Assembly (NCBI GenBank): GCA_965235115.1 | Contig: OZ249436.1 | Span: 32,304,001 to 32,368,000, forward strand | Source: Laetmonice hystrix | Taxonomy: Eukaryota | Reading direction: 5' to 3' | DNA: 64,000 nt | Part shown: piece after piece, positions 12,136-26,100 of the stretch | How the letters are laid out: each line of letters opens with the position of its first letter | Numbering within the stretch: position 1 is the first letter of the stretch | The notes under the pieces: generated by a model | What the model was told of the DNA's origin: nothing | Seen by the model: the letters and a program-made list of their open reading frames with translations, nothing else | The model's database searches: none | Position numbers and translations under genes: made by a program

Positions 12136-13176
12136 ATGGCTTCAACCGAGGAAGCCAGCAATTATGGACGGAAGCCACCTACCTCGTTTAAACCTCGTAC
12201 AACAGGCAGCCTGCCGTGGGATGTGGACAAGCAGGTCCGACAAAAACCATCTACAGTACAGTCTCGCAGACATCCGTTTCCTGCTCGGACTCAAAGTGAG
12301 AGCGACAAATATTCTCAGTCTGATGTGGTGGATAAAGAGGAATTACTTGACGAGGCAGCTTTGCTGAAGGAACTCGATGAGGTCTTGTCTTCAACCTCAG
12401 AATCATCATCGATGATTTTTAGGAACAATCAAAGATCCGGATATAATGCAAAAAGGAAGGAATCAGAACCAAAAAGTCAGAACGAAGATTTGGAAATGCT
12501 ACATATTCAGGGTCACAGGGTAAGAACGGCACCGCTTAAAGAGGCAGAAACAATTCAGGTTCAAGAACACGCGACAGACGTGAGGGAGACCATGACGCAT
12601 ACTCAAGACACAAGGGCCCCTCGCTACCATGGTCAATTTACTAATTACGAGGAAATGCTCAGGAGTATGGATGCAGGAGATCCATTCAATCAGGGAGATT
12701 CTTTGTCAGTGGACCAGAAACCACCAGTCGGGTCAGCAGCCAACCGTGGGAGGCCAGCCCAGAGGTCAGCGCCCAAAGCTTACCAACCTAAAGCTGTGGG
12801 CGACAGACACAGTAACTCCAAAACTGAACCTGACCAGCATCAGGTCCCTAAGCTGAGGGGGAAACCCAAGAAAACATTAAAGGCTGAAGAAGTCATCAGT
12901 AGTTTGGGTGGTGCCCTAGATGGTATTGAAAACAAGGGATTTGACAATACAGCTCAACTCAATATACGCAGAGATTCAATGGAAAGTCAAAAGACATATA
13001 TTGTTGGTCGCACAGACTCTCGTGTCGGGCTGGTCGACGAGCACATTGTAGCCAAGGTAGCGGAGAAGTCGTTCAATGAGGTCACTTCCAGTGTGGTGAA
13101 TCTGAAGAACCTCCGGAAGAAATTATTAATAAATCACAAGCCCAACAATAACAAAGATGATCCACACTTAAATGAG
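12136..13176 (+). CDS. TRPM: TRPM exon 1 (long disordered N-terminal extension)
   Basis: 347-codon hydrophilic ORF ending at GAG|GCAAGT (GC donor, phase 0) just before its stop; joins exon 2 in frame. Confidence 0.75.
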
Positions 13177-16100
13177 GCAAGTCGCCAGTAGGCTCAATTC
13201 TCATCTTTTTTCTAGTTGCAGCAATAATCAGAATAGTACAGAATAGTTAATGAACATAAGTAGCTGTACATAATGTTGACAGTAAATGTCTACAATATTG
13301 TCTCCATACCAACCTGAGTGAGTTACATAACACTCAGCTACCAGGCATGGGCATACCATACCCCTACCAACTTCTGGTTGTGTACAACGGCAATAAGTAC
13401 CTACAAAGTTATACATGGGCTAAGCTTTACACTGTTTCCTGTACTAACATCAGAATATCAGGATAAAGAAATGAACTGGCATAAGATACTCTTTCCTCTA
13501 GACCAGACATACTTGTACTGAGCAGTGATTCTGGCCACTGGCTAAAGGCTGTACGGTTATTTTATTTTTGTCTTGGTGGCCGTTATGTCCCTTCTCCCCT
13601 AACATTTTGGCTGGGTCAGTGGCTAAACATATGTACCTGTGTAGTGCGTATTTTTTGGTAGGCTAACTGTCGCTGGCTGGTTTTAGTACGTCTAGCTGTA
13701 AGTGCTGTGTGTAGGGAGGTGGCAGGTTTGAGCCAGGGTGGGCCTCAGTGGACGATTAGCGCCCGCCATGGCCGAGACTGAACTGCAGGTAGGGTGCATG
13801 GGCAAACAACGATAAGAGACGCACACATAGATTAATGTTTGTTACTGGAACAAGAAAGAATAATATTAGGATTCTTGTAGTTAATCTAATTGTTATAGTG
13901 TACTTTTTAAAGGTTTATACTGGTATACAGGTATAGTTGCATATGAAAGCAAGCACACGACGGTTACTGCAGATCCACTCCGTTTCTCAAAAACCAAATC
14001 GGAGCAGCTTCAGTAGGCTACACTTCGTTCTGTGAATGCATGCAACTAACAAATCTGAGGGAATCACAATGGCGGTTTAATGTTATTCGATATTGGGAAG
14101 ATTTTAATATAGTTCTATATTTATTATTATCCAGGAAGGTTTCAGCTTTTATATGACTTTGGAAAATTGAGCAGGTCCCGACCGTCCCATCCATGTTCAG
14201 AAGCCGATAACATATGGTGCTTCTATAGGTTAGCACGAAAAACTTCTGTGAAAAATAGATGGTATTTATATTTGCCTCGACCTGGAACGCTAGGAGAGAT
14301 GGCGTCATAAAGTCAAGGTCATCAGTGTCTGGTATTTATCCTTCTGGCAGACAATTATAAATAGAAGTGCCATTTTCCCGGAATCAACACGTCGAGGTAT
14401 CAAAACAGCCTTGTTTGTCACCCTGGCCACCTCAGTCGTCCTTGTGACAGATGAGGATGATTCATACTGGGATACTATTTTATTACATTATGGTAAATCA
14501 TTGAACACAAATCCTAACATGGAAAAGTTAGGCCTACTTTCTTGCTACTCCAAGATACAGTTTTAGAATGTTCAAAATCTTTTCTGTTCAGAAGCGACGA
14601 TCTAATAAAATTGGAATCTCTGTTCAACGTTTTTAAGGTCCTCTGAGTCAAGTAAGGAGGGGGACTATGAATAATAATAGACAAATACATGTATAGGACA
14701 ATTCAGTGTCAGTGTCAAGAGAAAGAGATTCATTTCCAAATTAGTTTGATTGTGAATTGGGAGCTATAGTTGATGCCTTTGTTTTACAGGGTCAATTATT
14801 CAGGTTTGTCTTTGCTTGTGTTAGTACAGAGAGCTGTACAAATATGTGTCCCGTGTTCGTGGTTTAATACCCTTTGGTCAGCTGACCATTTGTTGACTCA
14901 GTCACCGTATGATCTCAGCTATGGAGGAAGAGACTAATTTCCCGGAGTGCGTCCAAGTAATGTGATATTCCGACAATTTGGAGATGGGGAAGGGAGAAAC
15001 CAGTGATCTCTTGATTGAAAATATTAGTACAAGATCCCGATAGATGGAAACTGCAAAATTATAGAAAGTGTCTATGTGGGGTGGGGGTGGGGGGGGGGGG
15101 CCGGTGGAGATGGGGGTGGGGGTGATGGAGGGGATGGGGATGGGGGGGTAGACGGTACATACGGGCCCTCTTTTGGACCCCAAGCCTTGTCTTTTGAAAC
15201 GTCTATAGGTGAGAAAATGTCATACTTTTCTTACAAGGGAGGAACTATAGCGAGGTTAAAATGTAGATTAAAAAGCACTAGATGAAGTTACCGATAGCCA
15301 GTCGCATCTCCCTATGATTTCATCAGTCAGAATGATGTCTGACCCTATCTGCTATAGATCCAGGGTAGTGTTAATGGTCGTAAGAAAATACCAGACGACT
15401 GGAGGCTGGAGTGGTTAAACCAGATGTGATATGTGCGGTGGTTTTCTCTGAGGGAGCCTACAAGTATTTACTGGCAGTCTTTTGGCTACACATATAGGAG
15501 TTGCCTGCTGAGATGTCCTTTTTTTTTACCAGCGGCAGCAGTTGATCCCTCATCCCATTATAGTTGAGTCCCTCATCACATTATAGTTGAGTCCCTCATC
15601 ACATTATAGTTGAGTCCCTCATCCCATTATAGTTGAGTCCCTCATCCCATTATAGTTGAGTCCCTCATCCCATTATAGCCTAGTTGAGTCCCTATCCCAT
15701 TATAGTTGAGTCCCTCATCCCATTATAGCCTAGTTGAGTCCCTATCCCATTATAGTTGAGTCCCTCATCCCATTATAGTTCCAAAACTTTTTACTTCTGA
15801 TTTATAGGGGCCTAAGATTTTGTTAAACCAAATTGCAACGTTAATCTTTATCTATTTTAATGCGCGCCGTTTTAAAACATCGGTATGCGGATGTCCTCTT
15901 TCAACTTCTCATACTGAACTCCATCCTTACACTCATCATCTTCGCCACAACCGGGCAGAATAAATCCCCTTGATTTACAACCAATCACTGATTAGATACA
16001 ATATTACTCCTCCTTTTACCTTGTAGGAAGATATTTCTGCGTTTGTGAGGAACAACATCAGCCAGCGGGAATGCTCAAAGTATATGCCAGATCTAAACAA

Positions 16101-17095
16101 AAACGAGTAAGTGTGTTTTAAAGTTTAATAGGCCTAGACTTAGATATCTATACTATTTCCTACTAGGCTATATACATAGGAGTGTTTTCTATCTCGATTG
16201 TCGTTCCGGTTTAATTTGAACTTAAAGCTAAGCCTGACAGCCGTTTTACGTTGAGAAATGTGATGATGCCAGTCGTGTGATTCCTTCTTTGACAGTGGGC
16301 GGTGTAAGTGTGGTCACTCGCCGGAGTTTCACGCAGAGATCGGCCTGAACGTTACCAGCCCACCGGCGGGGTCAGGGGAGGAATGGAACCCCGACGTTCA
16401 CACTCGGCGGGTCGCTCCGGACAGTTACGGAACCATCGCCTTCCATGGCTTCGGTCAGGAGATCAGTAGACACGCCCCGGTCAGTTGACATTATCAGACA
16501 TTATTATAAAATATCACCCGTATCATAACATTAAACCAGCTATAGTCCGCTAGATGGAAGCAGGAATCTAGCTTCTCCCCAGGGATTCAGAATTTAGATT
16601 TTAGAGTTGCCACGAGATGGCGGTAGCGTCGATCTGTTCAGCATTACCGGATAACAATGGTATAAGTCTGTATCGATCCGTGTCGAATAGGTTACCTATA
16701 GGCATCTAAGTGCATGGAATACAATGTGGAAATATATTTTTATAAAGTACATCCGACTGGACTACAAGTCGTACGAGTCGGGGATGGAAGCGTTGTGGAA
16801 CCTTCTCAGTGACCACTGGAACATCGTTCCTCCCAAACTGGTCATCTCAGTCACGGGAGGCGCCAAGAGGTTCTTCATGAAAACGAGGCTCAAAAATAGC
16901 CTCAAACGAGGTTTGATAAACGCCGCAACTAGCACTGGTAGGTCTTAGTGTCTCTATCTCTGTCTCGTGTCTCTCTCCCTGTCTCTGTATGTCGGTCTGT
17001 CTCTCTCTCTCTCTTTCTGTCTGTCTCTATCTGTCTATCTGTCGGTATGTCTGTCTTTGCCTCTGTCTGTCTCTCCCTGTCTGTCTCTCTCTCTG

Positions 17096-17131
<36 letters not shown>

Positions 17132-20100
17132 CCCTCTCTCTCAATATCAATCAATCTCAATCTCAATATCGATATCAAAACTGAAATTCACGTCTTATCA
17201 CGAATAGTTTTAATGTGACGCTAAACATCAATCGACCCCTTTTAAGAGGTGAATTGTCCCTACAGTAAACTAATTGTAAGGTCAAGCTGTATAGTTGTTG
17301 GTTTATCCGCCAGGGGCGTGGATCATCACTGGCGGCACGAGTACGGGAGTGATGGAGTTTATCGGCGAGGCGGTACGCGACCACATGTTAACCAGTGGCG
17401 CTAGTGAACAGCCAGTGGTGGCGCTTGGCATCGCCACCTGGGGGATCGTGGACAACAAGGAGGCGCTTGTATCAGATGATGTCAGTGAGATTACAGGCGA
17501 TCCGTATAGATTGTTCTTGTACTATGATTGGAGTTTGTTAGATACACATGTATGCACTATAGGATAATAATTTTATGGGACAATTAGTCATATTTTTTGC
17601 CTGATAGAATGTGAGAAGTTACATTGAATTGAGTAGGGCATAGTAGTAGACCAGTCACTGTAAGTTACGGAGGCCTACATAAATACTGACCATGGATCTG
17701 ATTTCCATCAAGTAAAATTTTGTGTAGCTTTTAAAAATATTTGGAGTAACCCCCCTGCGTGTTGTGATGCCCATACCTTAAATCATCCCTAAGACTAACT
17801 TGGCATGGGCATCCACTATCGTTTTCAAGGGTCTGGGGATGTTCCCAGCACAGTACAATGTCGACGATCTCAGTACGAAGTCCGTCCGCGGGGTGGCAGC
17901 ACTGGATCCAAACCACTCCCATTTTATACTCGTTGACAACGGCACCCACGGCAAGTTTGGGGCTGAGATCAAGTTTAGGGCGGCGCTTGAACACTTTATC
18001 TCCGAGAGGATGGAGACCGGCGTGGCTAAAAACCAAAGTAAGTGAATTCCACTGGCCAGCAATTTCTGACTCAAATGAAAATGGACCAAGTCGAAATTTT
18101 ACCTAGTGACTTTTATCGGAGTGACTCGAAAGAAGTGATGGCAATAAAGAAACATATAGTCGATATTTTCTCCAAAATCTGATATTTTATGTTTCACTGT
18201 AAAACATTATCATGGAAACCATATTTATTTGATCGCGAGTAAAGTATAAGTTACATCCTCAAATTGAGCCGAGGAAATGCGCTCAGATTACAGATGGAGG
18301 AATATTGCACCGATGTCAGTCATGATGTCCTGTACCAAAATGATTGGTATTTTTGTCCCTTTTTTCCATACGCTAGGTAGGCTGAGAGACCCGAACAAGA
18401 TTCGCACAAGATATGATTTATTCTGTAAGAATAGCTTGTAGAGTTCTTTGCCGTGTTCTCAACCTTACAGCTAATCAATTTTTAATTGCAACATGCAACA
18501 ACTCCTCTCTTTTTAGTTTCAATGTTTATAGGAAAATCAATTTCCTATTGAATCATGAATATGATTCCGATTTTTCCTTGGAATGACACAAACCGTTTTG
18601 TGTTCATTCCGGAAACCCACGCACGACAACATATACATCCCTTATTATATAGCGTTCATTTCTCGGTCTGTAGATGCCGCTATAATATTGTCAGAATTTG
18701 GACTTCCCTCTCGTTCTTGTTTCCATTTGAAAGATTTTAAGGTACTAGAGACAAATAACTTGTGATGCTTGCAGGGACTGGTTAGTGCAAGCAATCAGGT
18801 GGTGTTAGCTAGTGCACATTAGGCGCAAGTCGGGGAACTGCCGTGACGTCACGGGTAAGAATATAGAATCCCCCACGGCCGTATCACTCCCACACCATAG
18901 CGTTACGAAAGGGGGGGGGGGGGAGTTCTTCCACCGGACTATTCGGCAGACTGCTGACTTGTGCCAGTAGGGCGTTTTACACCAACGTCACGATTCAGCA
19001 CGTGACGAATCATAATTATATGGGTTAATGGCAACAAAAAGATATCACAGGTCATTCATTATATCAAGGCAGAGGGAGAAGGGAGTTTTTTATTATAACA
19101 CCGGCAGTAATTCATTTCATTGCTTAATTTATTGTTTTAAAAACCGTTCCTATAGACGGTTAGTGCTATAGCTCTTAGCATGAGCATGCTCTCTCGCTTG
19201 AGTATAGTTCAGTGTTTATTAAACTTTTACTCTTTCCGTAAATATTGCTTGACTCTGTTCAAAAGCTTTTTAAAATTGAATTTTAATTATTGAATAAATC
19301 ATTTTATCAAGAGAATTTTGCACGTTAAAAATGGAAATACAGATCGCAAATCATTGCATGACTGTTATTTGACTAAAACAGTAAATTATGGCAATGCAAA
19401 GAATTAGATCAATAAAGTGCAGAGGGATGGGGATGGGCAGTGTGCTGAAGTTGATAATAAAGTGACAGGAATAGGCAGTTATGTATTCTGAGGTCGGTAA
19501 TAAAGTGACGGGGATGGGTACTGGAGTGTGCCGAGGTTGGATGTTAAGTGACGGGGATGGGTACTGGAGTGTGCCGAGGTTGGATGTTAAGTGACAGGGA
19601 TGGTTACTGCAGTGTGCCGAGGTTGGATGTTAAGTGACAGGGATGAGTACTGCAGTGTTAAAGAGACGCGTCACTTTTCTCAGTGGCGCCACCTAGTGGC
19701 AATTGACGAACTCTATTTTTACACGTTGCAACGCGTTTTTTACGTCACTCATGCTGTCAACAACACGGCAATGCAGAGGCAGAGTCAAGTCTGGCCGCTT
19801 CGCATCGCAGAAACAGTTTGACAAAAGGCTGCACGATGCCAGAAAAATGTACTTGACTATGTGTTTTAACATTGGAGTGTATGGGACCGATAAGACCCTT
19901 GGTAGTGAAAATGTCGATATCTCATGAATTTCCATGGTGACATATGATTTTTTTAAATCTAAAGTGTTCAAAACAAGTCATGCAACAATTCTGAGAAGTA
20001 TTTTCAGAATCTCTGGGTTAGAAATGTCTGAAAAAAATCTTCTCTCTTCTAATTCGAACCAAAAATTTCACGTATCTCTCTCTACTGTAGACTGTAGTAG

Positions 20101-23100
20101 TGCGAGTTGAAGGCCTATCTTCAAATGCTCATAACTCAGGATCCGATATGGTGACCCGCCATTTTCTTTGCACCAAAATACTCGAAAAATGTAGAATTAT
20201 TTTATGTGAAAGTAGCCTGAAAATCTCTGGGTCAGAAATTTTTGGCTTATTGGTGTCGAGTCCCTTTAAGTTGGATGTTAAGTGACAGGGATAGTAGGGA
20301 TGGGTACTGGAGCGTGCCGAGGTCGGATGTTAAGTGACAGGGATGGTTACTGGAGAGGTTGGATGTTAAGTGACACACAGGGATGGTTACTGGAGAGGTT
20401 GGATGTTAAGTGACAGGGAGTTTGGATGTTAAGTGACAGGGATGGTTACTGGAGAGGTTGGATGTTAAGTGACAGCGATGGTTACTGGAGAGGTTGGATG
20501 TTAAGTGACAGGGATGGTTACTGGAGAGGTTGGATGTTAAGTGACAGTGATGGTTACTGGAGAGGTTGGATGTTAAGTGACAGTGATGGTTACTGGAGAG
20601 GTTGGATGTTAAGTGACAGGGATGGTTACTGGGAGGTTGGATGTTAAGTGACACACAGGGATGGTTACTGGAGAGGTTGGATGTTAAGTGACAGGGATGG
20701 TTACTGGGAGGTTGGATGTTAAGTGACACACAGGGATGGTTACTGGAGAGGTTGGATGTTAAGTGACACACAGGGATGGTTACTGGAGAGGTTGGATGTT
20801 AAGTGACAGTGATGGTTACTGGAGAGGTTGGATGTTAAGTGACAGGGATGGTTACTGGAGAGGTTGGATGTTAGGTGACACACAGGGATGGTTACTGGAG
20901 AGGTTGGATGTTAAGTGACAGTGATGGTTACTGTAGAGGTTGGATGTTAAGTGACAGGGATGGTTACTGGAGAGGTTGGATGTTAAGTAACAGCGATGGT
21001 TACTGGAGAGGTTGGATGTTAAGTGACACACAGGGATGGTTACTGGAGAGGTTGGATGTTAAGTGACACACAGGGATGGTTACTGGAGAGGTTGGATGTT
21101 AAGTGACAGTGATGGTTACTGGAGAGGTTGAATGTTAAGTGACAGGGATGGTTACTGGAGAGTTTGGATGTTAAGTGACAGGGATGGTTACTGGAGAGGT
21201 TGGATGTTAAGTGACAGCGATGGTTACTGGAGAGGTTGGATGTTAAGTGACAGGGATGGTTACTGGAGAGGTTGGATGTTAAGTGACAGTGATGGTTACT
21301 GGAGAGGTTGGATGTTAAGTGACAGTGATGGTTACTGGAGAGGTTGGATGTTAAGTGACAGGGATGGTTACTGGGAGGTTGGATGTTAAGTGACACACAG
21401 GGATGGTTACTGGAGAGGTTGGATGTTAAGTGACAGCGATGGTTACTGGAGAGGTTGGATGTTAAGTGACAGGGATGGTTACCGGGAGGTTGGATGTTAA
21501 GTGACGGGGATGGTTACTGGAGAGGTTGGATGTTAAGTGACTGGGATGGTTACTGGAGAGTTTGGATGTTAAGTGACAGTGATGGTTACTGGAGAGGTTG
21601 GATGTTAAGTGACAGGGATGGTTACTGGGAGGTTGGATGTTAAGTGACACACAGGGATGGTTACTGGAGAGGTTGGATGTTAAGTGACAGCGATGGTTAC
21701 TGGGAGGTTGGATGTTAAGTGACAGAGATGGTTACTGGGAGGTTGGATGTTAAGTGACAGGGATGGTTACTGGAGAGGTTGGATGTTAAGTGACAGGGAT
21801 GGTTACTGGGAGGTTGGATGTTAAGTGACACACAGGGATGGTTACTGGAGAGGTTGAATGTTAAGTGACAGGGATGGTTACTGGAGAGGTTGGATGTTAA
21901 GTGACAGGGATGGTTACTGGAGAGGTTGGATGTTAAGTGACAGGGATGGTTACTGGAGAGGTTGGATGTTAAGTGACAGGGATGGTTACTGGAGAGGTTG
22001 AATGTTAAGTGACAGGGATGGTTACTGGAGAGGTTGGATGTTAAGTGACAGGGATGGTTACTGGAGAGGTTGGATGTTAAGTGACAGGGATGGTTACTGG
22101 AGAGGTTGGATGTTAAGTGACAGGGATGGTTACTGCAGAGGTTGGATGTTAAGTGACAGGGATGGTTACTGGAGAGGTTGGATGTTAAGTGACAGGGATG
22201 GTTACTGGAGAGGTTAGTGACCTGAAGTCGGTTATAAAGTTACTCAGATTATTAGCGGAGTGTACATGTTCCAGGTGTCCATGTGCCGGTGGTAATGCTC
22301 GTCCTGGAAGGAGGCCAGAATACGCTGCAGACAGCCGCCGAGGCCATCGCCAACCACACCCCGGTCGTTATCATTCAGGGCTCTGGCAGAGCCGCCGACT
22401 TCATCGCCCTGGCCTTCCGCATCACTCGTAGCAAAGAGTATGTAGACTATCCCGAAAGTCAAACAATCTTAAATTTCTTTTTTATAACATCCATATTTTC
22501 TCCCATGGAAGCTATTTTTTGAAATATGTTTTGGTGTTGAGTAGGCTACCTATATAGGTATAGCTTTATTACAAAAGAGTTGAGGTGAACATCTAGGGTA
22601 GGCCTATCGAATAATTTCTGCCCTTTAATACCCAGTAGGCCTAATATGAAATAAAAAGAACAAAATTCCAAGCTTGAGCATCCCGTCATATTGTATAAGT
22701 GCAAACACTGATCCTATAGGAAATACGTCATTCCTGAACGGCAGCCTGATGTCTTCTATAATGTAATACTTGTCAACTGGACAAGTTTTAATCATGTTGC
22801 TCCATACAGGTAGGCCTAGTCTATATAGGCATATGTTTTTTTAACGTTTATCGGGAGAGCATCAGATCTATACCCGTCATTGTAATCGTAAGATACCGAG
22901 GATTGAGTGACGTCAATCATTGTTTCTATATCTATTATTGACGTCTGTCAGTGGGGATGAAGACAAGAATGACTTCCCACCGACGTTTGATGAGGACATG
23001 AAGAACAGAGCGACCACCGTTTTTGACTGGTCACGTGAGAAGGACGCGCGAGAGAAGGAACGTAAGATTGCCAAGTGCGTCACCACCGTCCGACGGTGTC

Positions 23101-26100
23101 TACAACACCGCCATCTGGTGGGTTGGCTCATAATAAATGATAACTGGATATCTACGGTATCAAAGGCATCATTCCCGCCCCCACTCAATCTCACTGCAGT
23201 TATTTGGCATGACATTTTTTGTAATTGTATAACGGGTAAGAAAAAAAATCGTGTACAACGTATACAACGATTTTTTATTTGTTAGTAACTAATTTGATTT
23301 GATTAAGAGTTGGCGGTTTGCCCTCTAGACATGTTAACTTTTTTTGTGGGAAACTATTATTATATTCAGCGACTTGGAAGGAAGAAGAGTATGATGTACT
23401 TGTAACACGTATAGTTAACGTTGACTTGCTGGATTTCAGTTGACCGTGTTCCACATTGATGATGTTGATACAACGAATGAAATAGATCAGGCAATACTCT
23501 ATGCACTGCTTAAAGGCAAGTGTTTCACTTCCCTGTTAATTGTTATATTGTAACTCATTACAGTGACATCATGGCAGGAAATCATAATTATAATTGTATC
23601 GGATTGTGTAACTACCAAGATTCTTATTTATGATTGCTTATGTAAATTATACAGTAAGCAGCAGTTTCATAACGTGAACTTTTTTAAAACATGGTCTGCA
23701 ATGTTAATTAACCCGTTATGAAAGAGAACTTTGCTTGTCATTAAAAAGTAAATCGGAACGAGCTCCTAAAAGGTGATCTCGGCTATGGAATTCCAAGGAG
23801 GCAACTTATTTGCAGTGAATGTATTTTTCCTATTAAATATTCCGTTTAAATCTGTACGGTAATCTGAGATATTTGAGAAAAATCTTCATTTTCTGAATGT
23901 ATTATCAGCGTCGCTTTACGTTTCCAGCCAACAAGTCCGATGCTCAGTCTCAGCTAAACCTTGCCCTGGCCTGGAACCGATGTGACGTAGCACGCCAAGA
24001 GATTTTCAGTATTGAAAATCGCACCAACTGGCAAGTAGGTGGCACCCCCACGTTTAGTGTGACAAGACAAAATGGTGGTTTTTTTTCCTGCGGGGCGGAC
24101 TTCTGGAGTAGATATGGAAGAAGAAGGCGTGCTTTATGTCTCAATTCAACTCTGTAGGAAATGATTGATATACAGTACCGAGTATGAATAAAAAATAATA
24201 AGTTTGGATTTACTAGAGACCTCCGTACTCTATCTTGTTGCAGCGTATGGACCTACAGGAAGCTGTGTTTACTGCCCTCATTCAAGACAGGGCCGACTTC
24301 GTGCAGCTCTTCCTTGACAACGGAGTCGACCTCAAACATTTTCTCACAGTGCCCAGGCTCAGGGATCTCTATGACGACGTAAGAACAAGGCCTATAATTA
24401 TATTGACCTCCGCCCCACCAGGGGCGGATCCAGTAATGTGTATTGGGGGGGGGGGGCGGTCCTGAGACCCCCCCCCCCCCCAATGCGACATGCATGAGAA
24501 CACTAAGTGTCTTGTATGTGCGCCCCTATATAGCTCCTCCCCCTCCGGCTATACTTTAAAGGACTACACCCAACCATATATCATTTGCACTTTTAATGGT
24601 CCTGTACACTACTGAATGTATGTTATAAAGGGTGTCCAAAAAATGTCCAGTCCAAAACAGGCAACCTCATAATCTATGTTCATTTTTTCATTGCATTTCG
24701 TTCTTTTCTTTATTTTTTTCTTTATCCTTCCTTAAGTCTTTTTGTTCTTTTTGCTTAAGTTGCAATTACGATTATCATTTACAATTAATTTTCTTTGTCT
24801 CGATTTTGATGAAATCAAGACTATTTTTCATGTAAGAAGATTTCCGATCAGGTTGCCTAGTTGCCTAGTTTGTCCTGGCCATTTTTGGGGGGACACCCTG
24901 TATATATTTTTAGTCTATGGTTTTGTTTATAATACTAGATTAAACGATGCAGAAAGCAGCTTTTCGACATCCTTTTTTTAGAGAAGCGGTATGTAATGGC
25001 TTCATTGCGCACCGTCGCTCTTACTGAAGGGGTTGAGGGTGGGGGTATCTATACGAGATTGAACACCCCGTTTGAAAACTCCGTACCTCTAATTTTAGAC
25101 GGTTCCTCTCAGTCACTCACTGGCTTTGCCTATGCCACCTAGCGGTTATTAATCGGAACTAACCAGAACCACAGAACCACAGCGGTCTCACAACGCTTTG
25201 TGACGACCGAGTCGCTGGGACCACTCTCCACGTTACATACTTGATAGAGAACTTGCTTAATTGTTTTTTTTTGTGGGGGATAAAATCAGTAATAATAGAA
25301 GTAATCTCTGTGGGTAAGAAACAATTTGTTCTTGATATATTTGGCGTATTCCTAATTTAATTTCAACATCAGAGGACGGCCAAATTCCTATCATCTTGAG
25401 TTCAACTTGTTCAACTCAGTCACTTGGCAGGGGCGGAAACGGGAGGTTGTGGGGTGCCATGGGGGTGTCAAGGGGGGGGGGCAGGGGGGTTGTGTATATA
25501 TTGTGTGAACCTTTCGAGCAGGAAAAAAGAAAAATTACTTCGTAACGGGGGGTGCAACCCAAGTAACCCCTCCCCCTTTAGTCCGCCACTACTGGGGTAG
25601 TCGTTGATGGAACTTATATCGCTGGCACTCGTTCAATAATCTCGCCCTATATCATATCAGTTCGGTAACCCTTCAGTAATTTAAAGAAAAGTATAAAATA
25701 GTAAAAACTATTTGTAAAATCTGTGCAGACAAACAATAAACCCGTGCCAGACATTCAGAGGGGATGTAATCCTCGATAACCTTGGAAACAAGCGAACAGA
25801 TTTTGTTATCATCATTATGGCATGCCATTTGTGAACTGTGGTGTTGATGATTTTACCAGGTGGTGAACAGTGGCAGTAGAGGAGGGGCCGCAGATCTTAT
25901 ACTCCATCTTCTCCAGCAAGTAGAGGTCAGTATGTGTCATACTACCCCGCCCTGTCAGGTTGTTGTGTTACTGATGTGATGGGAGGGAGGTAGAGGTCAG
26001 TATGTGTCATACTACCCCACACTGCCAAGTTGTTGTGTTATTGATGTGATGGGAGGGAGGTAGAGGGCAGTACGTGTCATACTACCCCGCCCTGTCAGGT

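Noticed and set aside
16929..17218. SLSV/ERET-rich ORFs
   Set aside because: Microsatellite translations
20406..22217. Repetitive ORFs ([12 protein letters not shown]..., [11 protein letters not shown]...)
   Set aside because: Translations of the intronic 36-bp minisatellite; not CRISPR either, as there are no unique spacers and the context is eukaryotic
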